From Lytechinus pictus (taxonomy: Eukaryota), in NCBI RefSeq assembly GCF_037042905.1, contig NC_087251.1, positions 45,324,001-45,388,000 of the forward strand: 64,000 nucleotides of DNA, written 5' to 3'. The translations under genes were made by a program, and so were the position numbers. Numbering within the stretch: position 1 is the stretch's first letter; each line of letters begins with the position of its first letter. The notes under the pieces were generated by a model that searched no databases, was not told the DNA's origin, and worked only from the letters and a program-made list of their open reading frames with translations. This document shows, piece after piece, positions 1 through 13,312 of this stretch.

Positions 1-959
1 CTTAATGTTTTCATCTTTGATTCGTGTTTGCAGTGGCAGCTGTTTGAATTTGGACCTTTGAATAATCTATGAATTCATTTATTTCAGGATCTTCATTTAC
101 TTGTAGAATATTATTAAAAATTATTATTACTTATGTTGGATGCTTGCTAAAAATGCTGGGTTGAAACTAAGCATACCATATATTTGCTAAGATGATGTGA
201 TACTTCAAATGTTTGATTTTTTTTTTAATGTAGCATGTACATCATTGTTACCATTGATTTTTTTGTACAGATTTTTTTTTGTCTGTACCATCATTGGCAT
301 ACACCAAAAAGGTTTTTTTTTTTAAGAGGGTTACTTTCACAACTTCCTGCGTAAATCTGCGTCTGCAACATCGGTTAAGCTTTAACATGGAAGGGAATGG
401 GGATTTTCCAGGGCCGTTTTCAGCATTGGGGGTGGGGGAAATCACCCTGAGCCCCATCTAATTTCGTCCCTGGACATAGTTTTCCATATTTCAGACAAAA
501 TGGTTGGTACAGAATCCTTACAGAAGTCAGTTCAAGAAATTGAACAATATTGGAGAGATCTCATTTTCAAGATTAATTCCTCTTTACTCAGGTATTTGAT
601 GTATTGGACATATTGGTATTTTTCTGCAATTGTTGACATCTCTAGACATTTTCCTGATGCTGCATATTTTGTGAAAGATGACCCTGCCATATTTAAGAAT
701 TGAAAGCGAAAATAATTACGGTAGGATTGATACAATAGGCGAAAATGATCTATTAGAGTTTCCCATTCTCATTTGAAAGTGGGGTATAGTTTTTGGTGTT
801 TGATAGTCTATCATAGATAGAGTTAGAGTGCCATCATTACTGACAATATGAATTTTTAAGGGAGAATAATTGCAGGTTGAAACCAAGCGTTTCCTTACAC
901 ACAAAAAATGTATTCGATCTTCCAAGTTTCAGCCATGTTGAACAATTGCATGACCAGTA

Positions 960-1570
960 CCATATGGGCACTAGTATTCAACCCGGCATAATTCAAAGAT
1001 TTGGACAAATTCCCCCAAATATTTAGAAATAGGGAATTTATCTTAATTTCATACCTTTGTTATTTCCAGGGTAATCTGTTGTCGGTATTTTCTTTATCAA
1101 TCTGTCGACTGTATGCACGGAGGATCGAATTATGCGGCGATGACCTTTTGCACTGAAATGCACTAGTATTCAACCTAGTGATGATAGACAGCGAATTTAA
1201 AAATTGTTTAGATTGCTAAATTAGATCTAGATCTATGTAAGTCTCTGGCTTTGACTAATTCCCTGTTTGGTCTCATCTCAAATGGTCTAGTCCTTAGTCG
1301 GATGGGACAAGGGCAGATTGAGAGACAGGGCCATCTTTCGTTGCTAAGATGAATAATAGTGCCGACGGGTTGAATACTAGTGCCAAAAACCATCGCCGTA
1401 TAATTCGATCGCCCGCGCACACAGTCGACTGGTTGAAGAAAAAAATAACGCAAAAAGAATAACCAGCATTTGCTCTTGGAAATAACACAGGTCTGAAATT
1501 AAGGTAGATTCCATATTTCTATATATTTGAGGAAACTCTCCAAACGGGTTGAATACCAGTGCCCTTACGG
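960..1570. mobile_element. Non-autonomous TIR element (Tc1/mariner-pogo-like ends) with nested inner inverted repeat
   Basis: TA|ccatatgggcactagtattcaacccg ... cgggttgaataccagtgcccttacgg|TA. Inner arms at about 1095-1176 and 1366-1436. Confidence 0.7.
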
Positions 1571-2769
1571 TACTTATCTTCAATGAATAGTAAATACTTG
1601 ACTATAGTGAAGGGGTCCATCGTCCTTGGAGCAAGTCCGCAGATCACATGATTATTGGTTGTGTGATCCTTATTTATAGCGCAAACAAAGAAAAACAAAA
1701 AGAATATGTCAAAAGTGTAAATGGACATCAATTATATGAATTCATACTTCGTACATTTACTTATATTATGAAGATTGCTATTAAAAGGAGCTTGTTTTGT
1801 TATAAAGGCATGTAGTTTCTACTAAAGTATGCAGTAAATACATGATTTTTCATTAACCCTCGTAAATTTACATTGACAACAGTTACATGTATAGTTGATG
1901 GGGCTAATTTACCCATTTATGGGACACATACATCATGGAGACATACTAGCCCCTCTTGAACCCTGTTACACGAAGTGATACAATTAAAGTTTAAATTGGT
2001 TGTAACTTTCGTGTATGGGTTTTTCATAGTTTCTGGCAAAGATACACACAATTATCCAGGATAGGACTAAATGTGGGTCATTAATGAGTTTGATTTTTGT
2101 CATATGACATATATTATGATTTGGGGATAGGAAGAGTTTATTATCAAAAGGATGTGGCATTGTAATTATGTAGACAAAATTGTTTCATAAGTAATTTTTT
2201 TGCATTGTTTTGTGACATGATTTAAAATCAAGTTTACATTACACTGCTAATTAAAAGAGCCTAATATTGATTTATTTCCAAAGTAACGTGTGTTTTTATG
2301 GAGCTCATTGGGGTGCCTTTATCACAAAATTCTGAACTTGACCGTGATCTCAATTTAAAGTAATGTGATAAAACTTTCCTTCTGCATTATTATTGAGTAG
2401 AATTCTTATTCAATTAGAAAATGGTATTTATTGATGAACAAACATGTCAATAATAATTGCACATATGAAAAAAACAGCCGGAGCTGGAAAATTCATGTTT
2501 ACAAGTTTGTGTTGGCACAATAAATTACACAGTAAAAAAACATAGTAAAATGCATTACAAAAGCTGTACATTTAAAAAGCTAATGCAATTTTTGTTCACA
2601 ATTTTAGATGATACAGCATAAAAGGCAATGAATGAATTTAATATGATAATGGCAAACTTGAAGGAGAGGAGACGGGCACTTTATTTTAATGACAAAATTG
2701 ACTGTAAGGTGGGGAGGGGGTGACCATTGTCCATTGCCTTTTTTATTGGACACACACACACACATCTTT

Positions 2770-2995
2770 TCTTGAGTATGTCAACCAAAAAAGGCAATGG
2801 ACTATTTTGAAATCTTGTTGTTCTTGTTTGAAATTGTTGATAATTGTTCTTACGACGAAGAGATATGTTTGTATGTTTTTTTCTGAGGTAGCCATGTCTT
2901 ACACAGAGCATGAATTGAAAGTGATTTTGCAAATTTTGTACACAGTGCCAGTCTTCTCTCCTCAAGTGTTGGTAAATTACACATCTGAAATGCAC
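2770..2995 (-). mobile_element. 3' fragment of a CR1/L2-group LINE ORF2
   Basis: LPTLEERRLALCTKFAKSL and RTTRFQNSPLPFLVDIL in shifted frames, typical of the ORF2 C-terminus. Confidence 0.6.
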
Positions 2996-4498
2996 TTGTG
3001 TATGTAATGTAATTATAATATAACATACTCTGTTGTATTTTTTTCAATAATATTATTGAAAGTTACATTGCCTTATAAGGCAATGTGACTTTGTATGAAA
3101 TTATGTAATGTCTCATAAGGACAAAGGTCTTTAAAATATGATGATTCTCAAAACTACGTGACATGGGACACATGAAGAGTATTGCTCAAATAATTTAGGC
3201 ATAACATGTATTTCATTTGTATTAATGTCACAAATATGCAGGTGATTAAATGCAATTATATTTTGTTTGTATTTATGCTGTGAATAGGCATTTTCCACCC
3301 ATTTTGAGTATTATCATGAAAGTAGTCATTTCAGGGTTGATTGATGCTAAGTATTTTGGGCAAGGTATCGTTAAAAAGACATGGTATTTATACATCACCT
3401 GTTTTTTAAAACTGTATTATAGGACTTTCAACTGAGTATGTGTGATGGTGTTTATTCTCTTGTCAGTATTGTATCGTACACAATGTCTTGATGTAATGAT
3501 CTGTTTGATTTTCAGCATAAGCTATAGAGAATTTGGCATATGAAATATTGCCAGTAGAAAGCTAATCAGCCTAACGGGTATCACTTAATACATGTATTTC
3601 GAATCAAAGATTGAATGAGATTGTGATTATCGTTCCTTTTCAGAGAATTTCTCCTAGCAATAATTTTCTCTTCCACCCTGAACTCTTCATATTAATATCA
3701 TATATCTCCAACTTTATTAATTATTTTGAGAAAGTATAGTATAGTATAATAATATTAATTAAGAACAAAATAATATAACTAAGAACTTATTAGTAATTAT
3801 TGTAATAATTAATATAAATTATTATTACTACTCTATTCATTTTTCGAAAGGAATCATGTCACCTCATTAAATTTATTAAGTCAAACGAACAAAGAAATCA
3901 TGCTTAAAAATAAAATGTCTTGGTCCATGACACAAAGCAACAACAAAAAATCATATTTTGATAAAAATTGTATTATAATTATAATCTATTATATGTGTTT
4001 ATGGTTGGTTGTAAAGGGGGATAAATCATATAGTGTTTTGATTAATTTCTTTCTTTTTTGTTTTGTTTTGTAACAACTAACATGTATTGTTTTCAATAGG
4101 TATACTTGGCAATGGAGACAGGAATTAACAACTTCTTAAAAATAAAATAGAAGTTAGTAAACTATTGCTCCCTGGATATCACGCCTTCTTTCCCACTAAC
4201 ACTGAGCAAATGTGCCGCTAGCGTTGCGAATGGATATATATAGTCAAAGAGTTTTTACTGGCTGTTGTTATAAGCTTCGGAAATCCTTGCTTCTAATTGG
4301 CTCAATGCAAATTCATCAGTGAATATCATTGACCAATTTACTTTATGAAAACAATTCCATGGTTTCTTTTCTTATTACTGTGCAAGTGTTTATAATGTGT
4401 TCTCGTTTCTCAGGTGAATTAATTTTTTTTATAAGAAACATGTTTGTGATTTTGTAACAGTTCAATAAAGGTAGTTAGAGGATGGTTCGATTGCTTAA

Positions 4499-5101
4499 AG
4501 GTCAAGTCCACCCCAGCAAAATGTTGATTTGAATAAATAGAGAAAAATCAAACTAGCATAACACTGAAAATTTCATCAAAATCGGATCTAAAATAAGAAA
4601 GTTATGGCATTTTAAAGTTTCGCTTATTTTTTCACAAAACAGTGATATGCACAACTCAGTGACATGCAAATGAGACTGTCGATGATGTCCATCACTCACT
4701 ATTTCTTTTGTTTTTTATTGTTTGAATTACACAATATTTCTTTTTTTACAGATTTGACCATAGGTACCGACTTGACTGAATCATATAGTATTAAACAATG
4801 CTAATTCCACATGTTCAGGGAGGAATTAATCACTGTTGCACTTGACAATTAGGAGAAAATTAGAATATTTCATATTTCATATAATAAAATACAAAAGAAA
4901 TAGTGAGTGGATGACATCATCAGTCTCCTCATTTGCATACCAACCAGGATATGCATATAACTGTTTTGTGAAATTAAGCGAAACTTTAAAATGCCATAAC
5001 TTTCTTATTTTACATCCGATTTTGATGAAATTTTCAGTGTTATGCTTGTTGGATTTTTCTGTTTTTATTCAAATCAATTTTTGTTGGGGTGAACTTGTCC
5101 T
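4499..5101. mobile_element. TTAA-flanked MITE (Kolobok/piggyBac-type ends)
   Basis: TTAA|AGGTCAAGTCCACCCCA...TGGGGTGAACTTGTCCT|TTAA with about 120-bp imperfect TIRs. Second copy at 63470-64000. Confidence 0.85.
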
Positions 5102-6214
5102 TTAAATGTATACTATGCTGGATGATTGCTATGATTGCTTGAATCATTCAGATGTATTTCAACCAAATCTGTTGTAATTCGTAATTCAAATACCTAAGAC
5201 TTATGTTGCCTCAAGAGATTCCCTCGTTTATGTTGTTTGAGGACACCTTAGTTGTTTATGTGTGCAATTTTCACTACATTCCAAGTTTAAGGCAAAGCCA
5301 TAATACACCGTAATATGTATATTTTGAACAAAAAAATATGCCAGTGTACAAAATGGTGATCAATTAGCAAGAAATTTGATTGGTTGATAATGATATGAAA
5401 ATAAATATTCGACGATCTTATCTTGCTTTAATAGAAGAATGAACCTGTTGATACCTCTTAGATTACAGGATTGATTTTTTTAACATCAAAATGTATAACA
5501 AAATATAATTGCTGCCCCGAATCTAAACAAAGATTTTAATTTAATTGTCTATTTACAATTTTTTGTAGCCTTAAATGTACACAAACAGTAACTTGATGTG
5601 ACATGGTGATTTCAGTGTCATGATATGCATATTGATACTGCTAGTAATATGACAGTAACGAGTCTGTAATGTTGAAACTAATACAATTATTTAAATAATA
5701 TAGTATTCTACTTTGATATAATGCTTAATATTGGTAAATTAAACTTATTTTGTAGTAAATAGTAAACAAATCATGTTATTTTCAGTATTATACATTGTTA
5801 CTCCTTTATATGTAGAGGAACTCTGAAAGAAATTATGAAATTTTCTTGTATTTGTTTTGTCGGAGGCAGAATTCTACCATTATGTATCTTTTTTTTTTTT
5901 TGACTTATGTATTGAATTACTTTGAATGTTTAAAATGTATTTTGGTTCCTTCCACTATTAATGATATTTCTTCTCAAGCAATAAATATATAACACTCCTT
6001 AAATGACTTTTGATGACTATTTTTTGTGCCGTTTCTTAGACAAGAAATAAAGACTTTAACCTGATATATCGTTTGGAATAATAGTTAAAATAGAATTTGA
6101 ATGATTGCATGAGCACACATGATGAGGATTTCTTGGAGAAAATGGGGGAAAATAACGAGAGAGAGAGAGGAGGGGTGAGGAAGAACCCCAAAAAAAATAT
6201 GTGCTCCATTGAAA

Positions 6215-6570
6215 CGGTTTATTTTCAATTCATCTAATGCCAATTCGACCAATTGCCAACTCGTCTATTACCATTTGGTCTATCATCAGTTCGTCTACTC
6301 ACTACATGGTCTACTTTCATTTAGTCTAATGCCATTCCATCTAATAACCATTAAGTCCACAAACCATTTGGTCTAATTAAACTTAAGTGTTAATTGTGCA
6401 AAATGAATGAAAAGAAAATGGGTATTAGACGAAATGGTAATAGACAAAATCGTGATTAGACGAAGTGGTGATTGGACCAAATGGTTGTTAGACGAAATGT
6501 TGATGGACGGAATGGCATTAGACTAAATGAAGGTAGACCATGTGGTGAGTGGACGAATTGGCAATTTCCC
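6215..6570. mobile_element. Palindromic MITE built of short internal (g)gtcta / tagac subrepeats
   Basis: ctcactacatggtctactttcatttagtctaatgccattcc (about 6298-6340) is the inverted counterpart of ggaatggcattagactaaatgaaggtagaccatgtggtgag (about 6509-6549). Confidence 0.7.
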
Positions 6571-7195
6571 GTTAAAACAGGTTGAATGGAAAGGATTATT
6601 TTACATGTAGTTTGAAATTAGGCAAATCTTTTTTTTTTAATTACAGGCTAAATATTATTCAGATATATGAGATCTAAATGCTATAATACGAACAAACAAA
6701 ATAAAAGACCTAACATCTAGTCAGGCGCAGATCCAGGAAGGGGGGGCATGGGGTACTGTTGTGCCCCTCCCCCTTTGGAGGTGAGGTTGGATTTTAATGA
6801 AAAATATTTTCCGCTTGTCAGAGTTCTCAAAAAGGAAATAGCGCGGGGGGGGGGGGGGGGCTTGTCCAAATATTTTTTGCAAAACCCAAGTGGATCAGGT
6901 TTTATGTACAAAAAACAAAAAAGCAAAACAGAAACAAAACAATTTTGAAATCCTGAATCCGCCCCCGTTTGTAGTTAACACTTTCAATGACATTCTGAAT
7001 GGAAAGTGGGTTATTCTTTCAACTGCTGCTCTTTTATATTGATTAATATTTATTGATTATTATCATAGTACAATCGGATCGGAAAATAAGGGAATTATAC
7101 AGTTATTTTGAGAACTATGGTTAAATGCTAGATGAGTATTCATTTAACAGTTTTCAGCGGAACACGATTCCCAATATATCACAAAGGACTTGATC

Positions 7196-7292
7196 ATGGA
7201 TATGTTAAGGCGTTTTCTGTTATATTCAGTTGTCATCTTGACATGTTTCTCATACTTCTCGGAAATTTGTCACGCATGGAGAATTTCATCAG
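7196..7292 (+). CDS. Small Arg/Gly-ectopeptide TM protein, paralogue A, exon 1 (signal peptide)
   Basis: ATG 7196 reads MDMLRRFLLYSVVILTCFSYFSEICHAWRISS+G: hydrophobic leader, C-x-A cleavage motif, phase-1 donor G|GTGAGG at 7293. Same layout as exon 1 of paralogues B and C. Confidence 0.75.
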
Positions 7293-7691
7293 GTGAGGCA
7301 TGTGCATTTAATTTGAGTATAAATACAGATGCTCTGAATTCCTGATATGATCCCAAATATCCCACGCAAGACCATTGTCGTTTACTGAGCACAACGTGAC
7401 ATATCTGGGGAAAATGTCTAAAAAGAAGAGAGCAAAGCGAGAGAGCAAAATTTTAGACAAAAATCTAATCTTGTTAGATTTGACAAAAATATTCAGAAAT
7501 CAATAACATTTAGTAGGCCCAACTTTCCTGCCAAATAGGAAAATTTTGGAAGCAAGAACAATACTCGCTATAATACATCAACACTTAAACGTAAAACCGG
7601 ATAAATCTTTGACAGTCTGATTACTTTTCTTCGTTATATAATTTATAATATGTTATGTGCCCTAAATTGCTCCTTCGTGTCCTTCATACAG

Positions 7692-8165
7692 GCTCGTCCA
7701 GACGAACACGTCCACGAACAAGATTCGGCACCGGCGGAGGATTTCGTGGACCATCGGAACCCTCGGGAATATCGTCTATAACATGGACACCAGCCAACAT
7801 CGTCTTCGCCATCCTGCTCATCCTGGTACCAGTGTCATTCGTCGCTTTCCTGAGCGCAGCCTTTTGATGTTTGGCTAGGTTTGATGATGATGGTGGTGTC
7901 GATGTCGATGATGATAAGAGTAAGACAGACCAAGCAAACAAGAAAGGGGGTCGAGAAGAGGATGGCATACTGACAAGAGGTGGTGACGGTAATACCCAGG
8001 GAGGAAGAGCCATGTGGTATTCTGCAGTCCAGTCGGTCTGGGATCGAGGGCCTATATAGTACAGGAGCTACAACTCAACGAGCTTCAGCAGAATCCACAC
8101 CATCGCCGCCATCTTACGAGACAGTCGTAGGCATCGATGTGGAAGGGCAGAACAGAATGAAGTAA
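7692..8165 (+). pseudogene. Paralogue A exon 2: cationic ectopeptide + TM, then an in-frame TGA and a frameshifted PPSY tail (probable pseudogene or truncated 90-aa product)
   Basis: Acceptor ttcatacAG at 7690-7691, phase 1. Reads SSRRTRPRTRFGTGGGFRGPSEPSGISSITWTPANIVFAILLILVPVSFVAFLSAAF, then TGA 7865-7867. The tail ...STPSPPSYETVVGIDVEGQNRMK* (7980-8165) is in a different frame. Confidence 0.65.
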
Positions 8166-9529
8166 CCCAAGACCGGGAGGCTTATGGATTATGTCCACCA
8201 ATCACGCCAATAGAGACTTTACTGAAGACAATATCAGACCCCAAAAAATTCCAGACGAAAATTATTGGAACCGTCTCTTAACCAGTGATTTCTATTATAC
8301 GACACACATCACACATGCATGTAGGCCTACTTCAGTGCACTGGCGTAATGAGCCAAAAAAAATTGAGGGGCTAGATATGGCCTATGGGGAAGTATATATA
8401 TATATATATATATAATATATATATATATATCGCAAATGGGGGGGGGGGGCACAGGGCAGATATGTGCCTCACCCTAAAGAGTACCATTATCAAACGTTTC
8501 TGATTAAAAAACACCGTAATCAGTAACGTCTCATTAGTTGGTTGTCTTTTGTTGGGAATATTGTTTTCCTATATATAGTCAATGCGAACATATATAGGGA
8601 AGTATATATATATATATAATATATATATATATATATCGCAAATGATAGTGATTTTTGTCCAGAACTTTTTGGGAAAAAAAATAAGTCTTCCAACCCAATA
8701 GCTCTCAGGGGAGGGGGGGGGGGGCACAGGGCAGATATGTGCCTCACCCTAAAGAGTACCATTATCAAACGTTTCTGATTAAAAAACACCGTAATCAGTA
8801 ACGTCTCATTAGTTGGTTGTCTTTTGTTGGGAATATTGTTTTCCTATATATAGTCAATGCGAACCTATATAGTTGCTGCACAATCATTGAGTAATTATCA
8901 ATTGCGTTCTAACAGTGGTTTCGTTATAACATACTTAATGATTACTCAATGATTATGTAATCCTGAATTGCAGGGGTGTTATAGATCATGTAGATTGTTT
9001 GAATGATTTGTTATGAATCATGTTGAACGGTTAATTTAACGATTCTTCAGGAAGTTTAACAAGTGTAAAAAAAGAGGATTTTATTAACAGTAAAATCGTA
9101 CTAACGACGCTCTCATTACAACGTATCTGTATGAGAGGATACAAGAGGCCTAGATAATGAGAAAGAAGACAAGAAAGATGAACTGATAGGAGAAAGAAAA
9201 GAGTGAAAAATGTGTCAGATTATATTAGGGTTATGAATTTTCTACGATGCGACATATTTACAGCAAAGACGTCGCTAAATAAGTAATCCTTAATGTAAGA
9301 CCAATCGGTACCTTATTTCCAGTTTATTTGCGAAAGTGAGTTATTTACCTCTGATCTTGAAACGATGACGATGAAGTTGATATTTTCGACTTTCATTAAT
9401 TACCATCTAACTCTTCATCGGTTGTAAAAAAAGAAAAGAAAAAAAAGTGAGAAAATATTGAACCTGTGTTTAATTGGAATAAATTTCATTTTTTGCGCAA
9501 TAAAAATATCATTGCACATTGTTAATGAT

Positions 9530-9740
9530 AATTTGTTAGCGCTGCATTACCCCGGCTATAGCACGGCGACACTGATCGGACGCTCGAGCATTCAAGGAAT
9601 TCCTTCCTATATACCGGGTACCCATTAACTACACCTGGGTGGAGAGTGACAAATGTAGATAAACACCTTGCCAAAGGACGCGAGTGCCCCGGACTTTGTG
9701 GTTCAAAGTCCGGAGACTTATCACTGAGCCGCAACATCTC
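9530..9740 (-). mobile_element. tRNA-derived SINE (degenerate)
   Basis: Contains ccgggtacccattaactacacctgggt, the core shared with the other SINE copies, plus a degenerate B box. Confidence 0.6.
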
Positions 9741-10585
9741 TACCATTGTTAATCGAAGATGGAATGTAATTTGAAATCTTATAGCTAGCATATATATATA
9801 TAGTTCTAAACATAATTCATCTACATTTATTAATAGGAATCCTTTAAAAAAGCGTATAAGAAACATAATTGTTTTCATTGATACTATCATGCTAGTATTG
9901 TGTATAGGAGAGGTGACAGTGTTAATTTCAAACAAAATGCAATGAAATGGCGTATCTAAGAAATCACTGAGCGCCAAGGGTAACGATAAATTCATAGTAG
10001 AATTTAATACTAATAGTGAGACATGGAATATCTTACTGTGTAATGTTCTAAATCATTGTACGAATACCTATGTTCAAATCTGTGACTATGCTATCATCCT
10101 TTTTAGAATAAAAGTCAATTTAATATCTAGTCGTAATGACAGTCATAGCAATCGTACGGCTCGCTACGATTTGAAACAAATTTGGCCTTTACTCCAAAAT
10201 AAAGGCGTGCAATCATCCAAAAAATTATATCGGTATTCTTTCAGTTAATTTCAGCCTCAAATAAAAAGATACTCCCCATTCACATTTTCAGAAAATGAGC
10301 AAAATCCGATTCGTTCCAAAATCGGATCGTGGACCAGCCGTAAGGTATGCGGTGGCCTTATTGGCTGAAAAAAAGGAGATCGCGCCCCAACCTTATTTTT
10401 GCTTGTCGCTTCTTTTGTTGTTTATCATAATTTCATAAAACACTTTTTTTTCCTCGCCCATCATTTCCAATCTTTGTCTCCCCATCCCCCCCGAGACTTC
10501 CCCTGGGGCACTTACACCCCTGCCATCTCTTCCATACGCCTCCATCAGGGAGGGGTGCTGTTTACATGATGAAAAGCGCCTAAAA

Positions 10586-10634
10586 TATATAAAAGTAGAT
10601 GTGTCTGAGCAACGTGCATCTACTTTGTGACTCA
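10586..10634 (+). promoter_or_regulatory. Candidate promoter motifs of paralogue B (TATA-like TATATAAAAG 10586-10595; AP-1-like TGACTCA 10628-10634)
   Basis: Motif matches about 150-200 nt upstream of ATG 10787. Short motifs in AT-rich DNA, so weak evidence. Confidence 0.3.
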
Positions 10635-10786
10635 TCTATAATCATGCCCGCACACTACATGGACAACAGATACTGCATTAGCTCGAAGCGACGCCGCGCC
10701 GTGGTTGCAGTATTACTTTTTCAGTTGCGCTCATCTTGAATGGGAGTGGTTTGACGGGGAGATCGGCAGCATCCTTGGAAGTTAGG

Positions 10787-10874
10787 ATGCGTTTAATTCG
10801 CTGTCATGCATGCCTTTATCTTTTGATTTCCATCTTCGTTCTTTTTCTTGTGGTGAACTGCCAAGCAAGAAGAG
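10787..10874 (+). CDS. Small Arg/Gly-ectopeptide TM-PPxY protein, paralogue B, exon 1 (signal peptide)
   Basis: MRLIRCHACLYLLISIFVLFLVVNCQARR+G, followed by phase-1 donor G|GTAAGC at 10875. Confidence 0.85.
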
Positions 10875-11372
10875 GTAAGCTGTATAATGAATTTATAAGT
10901 AGATAGTGACTTGGCTTTCTGTTGCCTCCTCAGATCATATCGACGAGGCTATCTCACGTGATGGTGCTCACCATGCAATAAATTTCTGTATAAACCGGCG
11001 TAGTTCAGTTCATGTAGCTCTAATCTAACTGATTCTCTGTTGCATGGTCAGTTGATCAATGCCCTGGGAAGCGGGGGTGATTTTAAAACATTGTACACCC
11101 CTGGAAATTAGTTTGGTATGCTAAAATGTAAAGATTTTACCCCAAATCTCCTCCATTTGGGAGCTAAAACCACTTTTTTTTTTGGGGGGGGGGCTTGTCA
11201 ATTTTTTTCTGACTAAATCACTTTCGTTTTGGAGGGATAAGTATTTTTTTCATCCTTTATTTCTTTATTTTATTTTTTGCTTGTTGACGAACCAGCACCC
11301 CCTCTTAAATATCGTTCCCAGGCCCCTGCAGTTGATTTGAAAAAAAAAAACCCAAAACAATAAACACCATAT

Positions 11373-11531
11373 CAGGGCTGCGGAACGGTTTTCAAAGTGG
11401 GGGGGGGGGGGGGCCGGGGGGGGGGGGGCTGACCGTGCAAAAAATCACAATCATATGGTCATTTTTACGTTTTTGTACACGGTTTTGGAAAAAAGTGGGC
11501 GCTGAAGCCCCCCCCCCCCCGGCGGCCCCTG
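11373..11531. mobile_element. Short G/C-tract TIR element, 3 copies in the window (also 32010-32156 and 51301-51430)
   Basis: CAGGG(G)CCGCGGAACGGTTTTCAAAGTG(G)n...CATGCAAAAAATCACAATC...CCCCTG. 5-bp target duplications catat/catat here and tattc/tattc at the 32010 copy. Confidence 0.8.
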
Positions 11532-13312
11532 CATATCACCCTGCCAGCCTTTTTCAATTGTAGAATAAACACTTACACCTTGAAAAGCCTTGAATGCATA
11601 TTAATTTCCAGCGGGCAGGGGCTGCGATCCTGGGGGGAGGCGGGGGCACAGTGCCCCCACTTTTGGAAGCACTGAAAAAGTGACCTCTTTTCGCAAAAAA
11701 AATGCCCCCTCACGATCACTGTGCCCCTTTCATCAGAAGAGGACCCGTTTTAGGTGTTACCAAGTGCCAATTTTTCCCCCAAAATGCCCCCATACGGACG
11801 TGTTCTGTGCCCTTTCGCCTCAGAAGGACCCTTTCTGTGTTAGCAAGTGCCATGTCTCGTATAAGTGCCAAATTTTACCAAACATTTCCCCCTCACGAAC
11901 GTGTTCTGTGCCCCTTTCACCTGAGAAGGACCCGTCTTATGTCTGAGCAAGTGTTCCTCTGCCTTCTTATACAGTGTAAAAAAAATCCTCTGAATTAGTA
12001 GTTAACACTTAATGTACATAAGTAGAATTTATTATTTGTAATTATTTCTCGATTTTTTTTTCAGTAGATTTTTTAATTTACTTGATTTATTTGGGTTCAA
12101 TACATTTACGAAAATTCATGCATTGCTAGCTTGCTTCGATTAAGTAAATCTAACTCCACTTAGTCAAAGATAATAATTACTTATAAAATCACGTGGACTG
12201 TACTTATATTTTTCCATTAACGCCTTATTCAATTATATACCTGTATGTTTATTAAGAACAAGTTCATGTTAAAATTTTTAATTAACTGTGATGTCTATTT
12301 GTGTTTGAAATTGCTTTGGATTAGCAAAATATTTTATTCTTTTGTCGAATAAAAATGAGCAACATTGAATAGTCACTCATCAGAAAATTTCAGATTTCTT
12401 TTTTTTTAGGTTTTCGGTAAATGTTAATTATTCTCACTGTTGTATTTGTTAGGATGAACCCAAGAAAATTCCCCTCACGAACATGTCCTGTGCCCCTTTC
12501 ACCTGAGAAGGATCCGTTTTATGCCGGTAGCAAGTGCCCCTTTGCCTTCTTATAGGCGTCCTTTCTCGTATCAGTACCCCCTTTTACCCAAGAAAAGTGC
12601 CCTCCATGTTCTGTGCCTGAGGAGGACCGGTTTCCCCTTTGCCTTCTTATTGGTGCCTGTTCTTCATTTTACTGAAAAACCACTCTTTTTAGCCCGATGA
12701 GCGCTCGGTTTCTTTTATTCTTTATTTAGCGCCGTTCTGCTTCTTTCTGCAAGAGCTCATGAATGAAAAAAAAAAAACGTGTAAAATTACGTACCTTAAG
12801 TTTAATGAGTCATGTGGGTGGGGGTAGATAGGTCATTTTTTCCCTTTGTTTTAAGATCGTGGCCGTACGCAGCGGGGGGAGGGGGGCAGCTCCCCCCCCC
12901 CGAAATTTTGAAAACTCACTTCTTTTTACTGCAGATTTTCACAAAATTCACCAAAAGTATGCACAAAATCCATCAATTTCACTTCGCTCCCTTGCTTTTG
13001 ATTTCTTTTCCAAAAAGTTGACGCATGCTGCCCCCAGCGAAAAAAATTCTGCATACGGCCATGTTTAAGATAGTGCCCTTTTCCCTGTGCCCCCCTTCTT
13101 TCAACTTCGCTCCGCCGCTCCTGCCAGCTGGCACCACCCCGGATCAAATTTTACTCCGCAGAAATACAAAATTCTGTCAAAGAACGTAAAACAACAAGAA
13201 AAAAAATGAATAAAAAACTTCGTCCTCCCATAACCCCTATTTCGGTTGCTGAAAAAAAAGCATAGGTCCAAAGAATACACCTTGCTGAATCCCTCTTTGT
13301 TTACCTATACAG

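Noticed and set aside
7700..7740. RFamide/RYamide neuropeptide precursor (RTRFG, RIRYG)
   Set aside because: The Gly is not followed by a basic cleavage site, and paralogue C has RIS at that position.
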